From Candidatus Babeliales bacterium (GTDB taxonomy: Bacteria > Babelota > Babeliae > Babelales > JANWKD01): DNA of 64,000 bases. Each line of letters begins with the position of its first letter. Position 1 is the first letter of the stretch. The stretch is taken from NCBI GenBank assembly GCA_963701665.1, contig OY969622.1:1216001-1280000 (forward strand), written 5' to 3'. This document shows, in pieces, positions 51,111 to 59,557 of the stretch. The translations under genes and the position numbers were made by a program. The notes under the pieces are model-generated. The model saw nothing but the letters and a program-made list of their open reading frames with translations. It had not been told where the DNA came from and did no database searches.

Positions 51111-51470
51111 ATGAACGATAACACGACAACCATCGAAACAATAAAAAAACAACTCAAACAATTTACTGCAGAACGAGATTGGAATCAGTTTCATTCACCT
51201 AAAAATATGAGCATGCTTATTGCCATTGAAGCATCTGAATTAATGGAGCATTTTTTATGGGCTGATACGCAAGACTCTTACAACGTTCTTGAACAAAAAC
51301 GAGAAGCCATAGAACATGAAGTAGCAGACGTTGCTAAAGGTATACTTTTGTTTTGCCAAGAAAATAATATCGATCTGGCACAAGCGATTGAAAAGAAAAT
51401 GAAATTGGATGCTCAAAAATATCCTGTTGAAAAAGCAAAAGGCAAATCGACAAAATATACGGAATTATAA
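51111..51470 (+). CDS. MazG-like nucleotide pyrophosphohydrolase (dCTPase type)
   Basis: ERDWNQFHSPKN, EASELMEHFLW, EVADV, KYPVEK. Confidence 0.92.
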   Translation: MNDNTTTIETIKKQLKQFTAERDWNQFHSPKNMSMLIAIEASELMEHFLWADTQDSYNVLEQKREAIEHEVADVAKGILLFCQENNIDLAQAIEKKMKLDAQKYPVEKAKGKSTKYTEL

Positions 51471-51992
51471 CCTAACACCTTCAAGAGCAAGCAGTTTCTT
51501 TTTCAGCTCAAGGCCAGCGCGAAACCCTCGTAAACTACCATCACTGCCAATCACGCGGTGACAAGGGATAAGTATTAAAAAGGGATTTGCTCCCACGGCC
51601 TTTGCTACGGCGCGAGAGGCTTTGGGGTTACCAAGCTTTTTGGCAATATCTTGATAGGAGACCGTCTTTCCATAAGGGATTTCAAGTAAGGCCCGCCACA
51701 CGGATTTCTGAAATGGGGTACCAACAAGCTCTAAATTCAGGGAAAATGCTTTTCTCTTGCCCTCGACATATTCTTGCAGTTGCAAGGCAACGCCACTCGT
51801 TTCCTGAGCAAAAACGCGTGCGCCATCCTTAAAAGTCACATATTTGGCGAGCGTTTTCTGGGAATAAGCGCGTGCCTTCGGCTCATCAACATCCAGCCAT
51901 AAAAGACTCGTATCAGCTTTAAGAATGATGAATTTCCCTAATCCAGTTTCAATTATACGCCAATGAAGGGTAGTATTCATGGAACTTGCCAC
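51465..51992 (-). CDS. ogt: Methylated-DNA--protein-cysteine methyltransferase
   Basis: GTPFQKSVW, IPYGKTVSY, RAVA, IPCHRVI. Confidence 0.95.
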   Translation of the reverse strand: MASSMNTTLHWRIIETGLGKFIILKADTSLLWLDVDEPKARAYSQKTLAKYVTFKDGARVFAQETSGVALQLQEYVEGKRKAFSLNLELVGTPFQKSVWRALLEIPYGKTVSYQDIAKKLGNPKASRAVAKAVGANPFLILIPCHRVIGSDGSLRGFRAGLELKKKLLALEGVRL

Positions 51993-52041
51993 TCAATTTC
52001 GATATTTTACATTTGAAATAATGATTGATGCCGCCAATCAT

Positions 52042-52070
52042 TTGACAATACAGCTTACCTATGTTTTAAT
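52042..52070 (+). promoter_or_regulatory. Putative sigma70 promoter
   Basis: TTGACA-N17-TTTAAT about 180 nt upstream of 52249. Confidence 0.45.
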
Positions 52071-52248
52071 AAAATTACTAACTAATTCAATAAAAAAATG
52101 GAAAAATTATGCCAATAAAATTCTATCAGACAATTAATCCTATAATCAACAAGCTTTTTTTGTTCTCAATGCAATTGGTTTCGGCTTCTTTTTTCTCATT
52201 TTGCGTTAACGCTACCGCCAAAAGATAACGGCAAGAAAGGGGTTATCA

Positions 52249-53844
52249 ATGGTTTTCTCATCAGAAATTACATCAAAAATAATATTTTTCTTTTTTGTTA
52301 TTTTGGCTTGTTACAGCGGCTATTATACCTATTTAAATACACCCCATTCAGAAACTGTGGACCAAATTTCATCAGCACTTATTGTGCACCATACTGATGA
52401 GACACAAACTCAATCACCAGATGCATTTCATGGTAACAAAGCAGGCGGGTTTCAATCGTTAACAAAGGAATACCAAAACATAGCGTTGCCAAGCAGAGGT
52501 ACGATTCCTGCATGGTTGCATGGTAAACTTCTTGGCACAGGCCCAGCACGATTTGAATTGGGTGAAAGCCATGTAAAATATTGGTTTAACGGACTTGCAA
52601 TGTTGCATGCTTTTACTATCGATAACGGCTTGGTGCATTATTCTAATAAATTTTTAGAAAGCGAATATTATCAACGTTGCATGAAAAATGGCAAATTTGA
52701 CAGCAGCATGAGCACTGAAAAGCCAAAAGGATTTTTCTCACGCTTGGCGAGTGCCGTAACCAGCCATGATCCCTACGATAATGGTACGATTGCCATTCAT
52801 AAATTACATGATATTTTTGTCGCCGTTACTGAAACGCCACTCCCCGTTGCGTTTGATCCAAAGACACTCAAAACAACAGCTCTCGTTAAATTTGATGATA
52901 CACTCAACGGCCATTTAACATCGGCTCAATTTCTATATGATCCGCTCACCAAAGAATTTTATAATTACATGATAGAATTCGCTACATCAAGTCAGTATCA
53001 TTTTTATAAGATCAAACCCGGCGGAAAAAGTCGAACGCTTATCGCTTCATTGCCCGTAAAATCACCCTCGTATATGCGTAGTTTTGGCATGAGTAAAAAC
53101 TATCTTATCTTGGTTGAGATTCCATTTATGGTTAATCCTATTGATTTACTCTTTGCTTCGGGCGCCTTTATTGAAACATTTGTATGGAAACCTAAATTAG
53201 GAACCACCATGCATGTTGTTAATAAACGTACCGGCGCCTATGTTGGCAGTTTCAAAACAGAACCGGTATATTCGATTAACACAATAAATGCATTTGAACA
53301 GGGCAACACGCTCAATATTGATATCATCGCTCATAATGACACACGCCTTGTTGGCCTAACCACTCTTGATGTTCTACGCCGCGCTAATAATGAGCAAGAA
53401 TTCTCACCATCTCTTGTAAAACGAATCAGCATCGCTCTTGATACCAAAGATGTTACTATGCAAATGCTCTCCAATAAGACTATTGAATTTCCAACGATCA
53501 ATAAAATGTACACGGCAAAAGATTACACATATGTCTATGGCATAGGCGCATTAAAACATGATGCGTTTCCTCACCTCATCACAAAAATAAATATTAAAAC
53601 AGGCGAACATCGTTATTGGTCAGAACAAGGATGTTATGCAAGTAGCCCAGTGTTTGTTCAAGCACCGCAGGCTAAGCAAGAAGATGAGGGCGTTCTTCTT
53701 TCTATTGTTTTTGATAGTACGGTAAATCGTTCATTCCTCGTAATACTTGATGCAGATACGATGACAGAACATGCGCGCGCTTTGTTGCAGAACCATATCC
53801 CCCTAGGAATTATGGCCCAATTCTATATTTCTAAAGATCGGTAA
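52249..53844 (+). CDS. Carotenoid cleavage oxygenase (RPE65 family) homolog, membrane-anchored, apparently lacking Fe ligands
   Basis: GTIPAWLHG, GPARFE, WFNGLAMLHAF, EFPTIN, SPVFV..EDEGVLLS..FLVILDA; His ligand positions substituted. Confidence 0.85.
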   Translation: MVFSSEITSKIIFFFFVILACYSGYYTYLNTPHSETVDQISSALIVHHTDETQTQSPDAFHGNKAGGFQSLTKEYQNIALPSRGTIPAWLHGKLLGTGPARFELGESHVKYWFNGLAMLHAFTIDNGLVHYSNKFLESEYYQRCMKNGKFDSSMSTEKPKGFFSRLASAVTSHDPYDNGTIAIHKLHDIFVAVTETPLPVAFDPKTLKTTALVKFDDTLNGHLTSAQFLYDPLTKEFYNYMIEFATSSQYHFYKIKPGGKSRTLIASLPVKSPSYMRSFGMSKNYLILVEIPFMVNPIDLLFASGAFIETFVWKPKLGTTMHVVNKRTGAYVGSFKTEPVYSINTINAFEQGNTLNIDIIAHNDTRLVGLTTLDVLRRANNEQEFSPSLVKRISIALDTKDVTMQMLSNKTIEFPTINKMYTAKDYTYVYGIGALKHDAFPHLITKINIKTGEHRYWSEQGCYASSPVFVQAPQAKQEDEGVLLSIVFDSTVNRSFLVILDADTMTEHARALLQNHIPLGIMAQFYISKDR

Positions 53845-54300
53845 GACAGGGTAACAATCTGAGCAGGTAATTCCTTCGCTTGTTACATATAGCAAGCTAT
53901 ACATTTCAAAATCATGATAGTTGTTATATAAGATGCTTAAATCATTTCCACTCATATCTATGTGCTGTTTACATTTGCTTGCATACAATGCTTTAAGCTG
54001 TTCAAGCGCATCATTGATCTGCACATATTTTTTAGCTACCAAAATCTGCCTAAACCATTCATATATTAGCTCGCTTTCTTGTTGAAATTCTTTTGCACGT
54101 TTACAGCAATCACAACATGCGTCAAAGCTATTTGATTTAGGGAATGTATCCTTTTTCACGTTATAATATGGCAGATATATGTTGTCTAAGACAGCTTGAG
54201 CTCTCTTTCTTGTGTTTTGTACTCTTTCATCATAAATATCACATTCCATGCTATGCATAGAGCCAATGCCAATTAATACAAAAAATAATAGCATCCTCAT
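53803..54300 (-). CDS. Hypothetical secreted Cys-rich protein
   Basis: Signal peptide then SME; CCDCC. Confidence 0.6.
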   Translation of the reverse strand: MRMLLFFVLIGIGSMHSMECDIYDERVQNTRKRAQAVLDNIYLPYYNVKKDTFPKSNSFDACCDCCKRAKEFQQESELIYEWFRQILVAKKYVQINDALEQLKALYASKCKQHIDMSGNDLSILYNNYHDFEMYSLLYVTSEGITCSDCYPVLPIFRNIELGHNS

Positions 54301-54448
54301 GTGGTTCTTTTTCTTATAATTTTTTTTAATAGGATTATTTCATCAAAAGTATAGTAATTTACTAGATTTTGCACAATTCTTGCATGGCAAACGAGCGTTT
54401 TTTTATAATGAAAATACAAAAAAGAATATAGATCTTTGAAAGGAATAT

Positions 54449-55609
54449 ATGAAAAAATCTTTATCGATATTCATTTTTGCCCTCTTTTTTCATTCATTTC
54501 TTTATGCAAACCCTCAACAAGACTTACAACAAGCACTCGCTCAACTGACATTGCGACTTGAGCGTTTACAATCATCTCTCAACAAGAGATTATCCCCAAA
54601 AAAGGCAGAAGAATATTTTGGATCGGAAGAGCTTCCAATTCCGCCTGAGATAAGAGAATATATTCTTGAAAAAATTATACCGACATCCCTTAGCTCAGGG
54701 GGTGTAGCAACTTTCAAAAACATTCTGGAAAATCTCAACAAAGTATCTCAAATATCAAAAGCATATAATGAGGCTTTGCAAAATTCACATTTTAAGAAAA
54801 TTATCGTGCAAAAATTATTTGGGATAATAACCCCTAGGGAGCTTTCTTCAATGAAGTTACCTAAAACTCTTTCTAATAGCAAAACAGTTTTAGGTACCAT
54901 AAACAATATTTTGTATTATTATAAATTGTTACGATACCCATCTGCATCAGCTCAAGTGATTGATGGAGCTATTCGGTATATCGTCGATGCTGGCATTGAT
55001 CCAAATACCCTTATGCACGGTCAAGATATTTTACTTAATATAGCCATTTTGTATGCTACACCAAACACGGTAAAATATCTCGTTCAAAAAGGCGCAAATG
55101 TTAATCTCTCAGATTATCTGAGCGACAACTATGTACCATTCCCATTTTCTCGAGCTTTATATTATTCTCCCGCGTCAGCATTGATTTTATTAGAAAGTCC
55201 AAGTATTGATATCGCGACTATCCTTGCGAACTTATCAAAGTATAAAATTCAAGTCACAACACCCACATTAAAATTTCTACATGACGGGAAAATGTATACA
55301 CAAATATTTAATGTTCTATTAGATAAAGGAATGTCTCCTAATGCAACTATACTGTGGGATATAGAGGAAACACCTTCCGTAACAGTTTTCAATACAATAG
55401 CAGCTCTTTATCCCCAAGCACTGTCACTTATTGAAAAAATGTTAAAAAACGGTGCTGATCCATCCAAAACTTTTTTTAATGGGTGGCAATCGATTACCGC
55501 ACTTGAGTATGCACAAGATAAAATGAATGATACTGATACACCTGAAAAAGATCGCGCAGCATATAAAAAGCTTTATGAGCTTCTTCAAAAATATAAAAAA
55601 ACGGCTTAA
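54449..55609 (+). CDS. Secreted ankyrin-like protein with F-box-like N-terminal segment
   Basis: Signal peptide; IPPEIREYILEKII; VKYLVQKGANVN, LLDKGMSPN, MLKNGADP, TALEYA. Confidence 0.75.
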   Translation: MKKSLSIFIFALFFHSFLYANPQQDLQQALAQLTLRLERLQSSLNKRLSPKKAEEYFGSEELPIPPEIREYILEKIIPTSLSSGGVATFKNILENLNKVSQISKAYNEALQNSHFKKIIVQKLFGIITPRELSSMKLPKTLSNSKTVLGTINNILYYYKLLRYPSASAQVIDGAIRYIVDAGIDPNTLMHGQDILLNIAILYATPNTVKYLVQKGANVNLSDYLSDNYVPFPFSRALYYSPASALILLESPSIDIATILANLSKYKIQVTTPTLKFLHDGKMYTQIFNVLLDKGMSPNATILWDIEETPSVTVFNTIAALYPQALSLIEKMLKNGADPSKTFFNGWQSITALEYAQDKMNDTDTPEKDRAAYKKLYELLQKYKKTA

Positions 55610-55624
55610 TGTTAAAAGGAATGT

Positions 55625-56911
55625 ATGAAGAAATCTTTATCAATATTCATCCTTACCCTCGTTTCTTATTCAGGGCTTTATGCAAACCCTCGACAAGATT
55701 TACAAAAAGCACTCGCTCGACTGACATCGCAACTTGGATATTTACAATCAGAATTTTCAAAAGGCGCAAGTATTGAACCTAAGCCTACTGGGAACGTAGC
55801 TCATGGGCTCCCGTATGAATTAGTTTATAATATCGTTGAAAATATCATTCCTAAATATCTGAGCGAGAAACCCATTACAAAAACAACTAAGCTGGAAGAA
55901 AAGAGGCGTATTTTAGAACAACAAAAAAAGACTTTTCAAGCCATAATACGTAGTATCGCTGCCTTGGAGAGAACATCAAAGGAGTATAAAGAGGTTTTGA
56001 ACAAGCCTTTTTATAATACCATCATTATTAAAAAATTATTTTCATTGGTAACTCCTGAACTTTTTAACGAGCTTGTTAAGCTGCCAAAAAAATTCATTGA
56101 TAACCCCCAAACTATTTCAGGATTTATCAATAATGTCTTATATAGCCTCAATAAATTAAAAAACCTTACTGCGAATGATAGAAACCCCCAAGAAATTGAC
56201 AGGGCAATATCTTACGTTGTTGATAACAAAATTAATGAAATTCCTACAATCAATGCAAATTTTTCTTTGGATAATAGCAAATTACGCGATATAGCTGTTA
56301 AAGCTGATTCTTTAACAGGTCTCCAATATCTTATCGAGCGTGGACCATCTATCGATAATACATTACTTGCTAAGGCTATTGAAGCAGATTCACCTAATGT
56401 TGCTAAATATCTCTTACAACAGGGAACAAATGTTGAGAGCCTTACTGGATTATTTATAAAAGCATTTACTAAATCTCCTCGAGTTGCGCTAAGCATATTA
56501 GAAAGTCCAACAATTGATATCGAAGACATAAAGGAAAACTTTAAATCACCTCGCGTAATGATTATCAAACTAAGTTCTGATAATAATATGCAGGCATATG
56601 AAAAAATATTTAATATACTTCTGGATAATGGTTTTTCACCTAATATAAAAATTGATCTTTATCCACACCCATTAACGCTATTGAATTTTTTCACACAATT
56701 TAGCCAAGAAAAAATGCCATTAGCTTTAATTCAAAAACTTTTAGAAAAAGGAGCCGACCTAGATGAAGCTTTTTATGATGGTCACAGTTGGGTCACTCCA
56801 TTGGAATATGCGGAAGCAATAAAAAATAACTACCAAAATGAAACAGTACGCAAAGAATATGAAAAACTTTACAATCTTTTGAAAGCATATAAAGACAAAA
56901 GCCAAAAGTAA
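55625..56911 (+). CDS. Secreted ankyrin-like protein with F-box-like segment (tandem paralog)
   Basis: Near-identical signal region to upstream gene; LPYELVYNIVENII; AKYLLQQGTNV, LLEKGAD, TPLEYA. Confidence 0.75.
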   Translation: MKKSLSIFILTLVSYSGLYANPRQDLQKALARLTSQLGYLQSEFSKGASIEPKPTGNVAHGLPYELVYNIVENIIPKYLSEKPITKTTKLEEKRRILEQQKKTFQAIIRSIAALERTSKEYKEVLNKPFYNTIIIKKLFSLVTPELFNELVKLPKKFIDNPQTISGFINNVLYSLNKLKNLTANDRNPQEIDRAISYVVDNKINEIPTINANFSLDNSKLRDIAVKADSLTGLQYLIERGPSIDNTLLAKAIEADSPNVAKYLLQQGTNVESLTGLFIKAFTKSPRVALSILESPTIDIEDIKENFKSPRVMIIKLSSDNNMQAYEKIFNILLDNGFSPNIKIDLYPHPLTLLNFFTQFSQEKMPLALIQKLLEKGADLDEAFYDGHSWVTPLEYAEAIKNNYQNETVRKEYEKLYNLLKAYKDKSQK

Positions 56912-56916
56912 GAAAT

Positions 56917-57963
56917 TTAACTCTTAGCTTCTCGCACAACCTTATGTGCACTTTTATCATCACGCAGCCCCTTATAGCGGCCAACTCGGAGTTTGCCGCC
57001 TTTTGTCCATTGCGCAAATTCAAATTCAGCAACAATAACTGGCCGCACCCAGGTTACTCCTCTTAATGTTTCGCCATAGTTAACAAAAGGGCATTTTGTG
57101 GTAGTAATTTTTTTCAGTTTTTTACCAAGCATCGCAAGTATTTCGTGCGTAAAACCGGTGCCCACTTTTCCAGCATACATAAACTTATTTTTGTCAAAAT
57201 AACCGACGAGCAAGGCACCAAAATAGGAGCGCGATCCTTTTGGCTCGGTAAAACCGCCGATTACAAGCTCTTGCCCAACACTACATTTAAATTTGAGCCA
57301 ATTAGGAGAACGTACGCCAACTGCATAAATACCCTCTCGCCTTTTAGCAATCAGGCCCTCCCATTTTAGCCTGCATGCTTTTTTGAATAATATTAGGGCA
57401 TTACCGGGCAATTCGCGCGTATATTCGAGCGTCGTGTTAAACGAGAGTAATCTTTTGAGTATTTTTTTGCGAGCGTATAAAGGAAGATGCGTTATATCAT
57501 AGCCATCAACATATACAATATCAAAAATACAATATTTAATTGGCACGGTACGTTTTTTTTCTGTGATTTCTTGCATCCCTTGCAAATGCATTCTCCCCTG
57601 CAACAACTGAAAATCTGAAATCCCTTTTTTATTGCAGGCAACTATTTCACCATCAATAATAAAATTATCTGCTTTTTGTTTTGTTAACGCAGTCACAAGT
57701 TCCGGATATTCTGTATTGCTAATTCTGTTATTGCGCGATTTTAAATGCACAACGCCATTTTTTTTAATCGCCAAACACCGCTCCCCATCAAATTTGTGCT
57801 CATACATCCAATGTTCATCGGAAAAATACTTTTTTGTTAGGGTGGCAAGCATGGGCTTAACAAAGGTAGGCTGCTTAACTTTTTTTCTTTTTTTTAAAAT
57901 CTCTGATGCAATTCCTTGGAAAATATTTTTTATCATTCTTTTCTCCAAAAACAAAAATGTCAT
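56917..57963 (-). CDS. ATP-dependent DNA ligase, stand-alone LigD ligase domain
   Basis: KPMLATL, EHKFDGER, DGEI, FD, EGLIAKR, WLKFK, GKVGTGF, GLRDDK. Confidence 0.92.
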   Translation of the reverse strand: MTFLFLEKRMIKNIFQGIASEILKKRKKVKQPTFVKPMLATLTKKYFSDEHWMYEHKFDGERCLAIKKNGVVHLKSRNNRISNTEYPELVTALTKQKADNFIIDGEIVACNKKGISDFQLLQGRMHLQGMQEITEKKRTVPIKYCIFDIVYVDGYDITHLPLYARKKILKRLLSFNTTLEYTRELPGNALILFKKACRLKWEGLIAKRREGIYAVGVRSPNWLKFKCSVGQELVIGGFTEPKGSRSYFGALLVGYFDKNKFMYAGKVGTGFTHEILAMLGKKLKKITTTKCPFVNYGETLRGVTWVRPVIVAEFEFAQWTKGGKLRVGRYKGLRDDKSAHKVVREAKS

Positions 57964-58072
57964 TTTCCTTTCTAACGCTTAAAAAATATGCAGAGAATAA
58001 TCAAGAATTTTGATTAATACCAATTTCGAGTACATGAAACTTATCCAACACAAAAGATCCAATAAGCAGAAT

Positions 58073-58168
58073 TGTCATTGTGAGCTCATCGGAGATGAGC
58101 GTAGCAATCCAGTCTGATTAGGATTTTCATTTTAAAGACTGGATCCCTACGCTTCGCTCAGGATGACA
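58073..58168. repeat. REP-like palindrome dimer copy 4
   Basis: TGTCATTGTGAGCTCATC..GATGAGCGTAGCAATCCAG, spacer, CTGGATCCCTACGCTTCGCTCAGGATGACA; spacer is the reverse complement of copy 2 spacer. Confidence 0.8.
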
Positions 58169-58252
58169 CCGTTGTTTATAATGTTAACTTGCTAATCTTT
58201 AAGTTCTATTGTTTAAAAATAAAGTGCATATTGGAAACAAAATTGTCATTGC

Positions 58253-59430
58253 TGTATGTGTTCAGAGTTTCGGTGAATAATTTTTGGCACAAAGAGACAA
58301 GCAGAGTTAAATTGAAAATTTTTTAATTCCCTTAAACGGGTGTGCTCGATTCCTTCAACAAAGCTGATGGAATTTTACCATCCAAACCTTGATGGGGCCG
58401 ATGTTCATTATGATAGAAATTATAGCCAAGAACAGCATCTTTTAGTTCATCAATTGTGTTAAATATAGATCCTTCAATAACTTCATCATCAAAAGAACGC
58501 CAAAATCTCTCAATTTTTCCATTTGTTTGAGGCTTATAAGGGAGGGTTCTTCGGTGCTTAATAGCAAAATGAAGTAGCAATCTTTCAAAAGGATGATTTT
58601 TTAATCTTTCTGGACCTGAACAAAATTCAGCACCATTATCAGTTAAAGCTTCATCAAATGTGATACCGTATCGTTGGTTCATATGCAAAATGATATCCAT
58701 CATAGCAAAAGTCACATCTATTGCTTTGAGAGATTCAATTACTTCAACCCAAACTATTCTAGAGAAGTCATCAATAACTCCCAGCACAAAATATTTCTTT
58801 TTAGGTTCAGATTGCACAATTTCTTTAGGTAAGTAATGGCAATCTATATGGGCTAATGACCCTGCGAATGTTCTCACGATCTTTCTTTTTTCCTCTTGTA
58901 CTCGTTTAGTTAACTTAGAAACGCCATATTTTCGTAATGTTCGATATACTGAACTTGCAGAACAACCCTTTTTAATCAAGGGATTTTTTTTGAGGGCTGC
59001 GGCAATAACATACCTATTTAAACCTGATTTCCGATACTCTAAAATTTGTTTTACAAGACTATCATCTGCAAGCGGCATTTCTTCAAACTTAGGCTTGGGA
59101 CCGCGTCTTATAGGCAACAAAAGTTCGGGAATTTCCTGAGCAGCTTTGTAGCGTCTGTAAAGCTTATAAAAATTCTGAAAACAGAGTTCTCTGGCTTCAA
59201 AAAATTCTCGAACACGCTTAAATTGAGGGTGTTTTTTTGACTTAACAAGTTCGTATTCTTCCACATATTTTAGCATATATTTAATTGAATTGCTTGCTAA
59301 AGTACGATACGATGTATTTATACCCATAAAAGGAACTCCTGTTAAAATTGTTAATATTTGCATATTTAATTCTAACTCTGATTTCCCTTTGTGGGTATCT
59401 TTTTATTCACCGAAATTATGAACTTCTACA
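58253..59430 (-). mobile_element. IS481-family insertion sequence
   Basis: TGT..ACA ends, ~28-bp imperfect TIRs (TGTATGTGTTCAGAGTTTCGGTGAATAA / TTATTCACCGAAATTATGAACTTCTACA), 5-bp TSD ATTGC. Confidence 0.9.
58332..59363 (-). CDS. IS481-family DDE transposase (rve integrase core)
   Basis: HID, IDDFSR, LTDNGAEF, PQTNGKIERF, YNFYHNEHRPHQGL. Confidence 0.92.
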   Translation of the reverse strand: MQILTILTGVPFMGINTSYRTLASNSIKYMLKYVEEYELVKSKKHPQFKRVREFFEARELCFQNFYKLYRRYKAAQEIPELLLPIRRGPKPKFEEMPLADDSLVKQILEYRKSGLNRYVIAAALKKNPLIKKGCSASSVYRTLRKYGVSKLTKRVQEEKRKIVRTFAGSLAHIDCHYLPKEIVQSEPKKKYFVLGVIDDFSRIVWVEVIESLKAIDVTFAMMDIILHMNQRYGITFDEALTDNGAEFCSGPERLKNHPFERLLLHFAIKHRRTLPYKPQTNGKIERFWRSFDDEVIEGSIFNTIDELKDAVLGYNFYHNEHRPHQGLDGKIPSALLKESSTPV

Positions 59431-59557
59431 ATTGCGAGCAAAGCGTGGCAATCCAATTATAAAATTAGTTCATTAAAGGAATTAATTAAAGTTTGGATTC
59501 CCACGGCGCTTTGCGCCTCGGAATGACATCCCTGTATTTATTGTACGTTTCGTCGCA

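Larger units (their letters stand above)
58244..59528. repeat. REP-like palindrome dimer copy 5, interrupted by IS481-family element
   Basis: TGTCATTGC | IS | ATTGCGAGCAAAGCGTGGCAATCC..GGATTCCCACGGCGC..GCCTCGGAATGACA. Confidence 0.8.
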
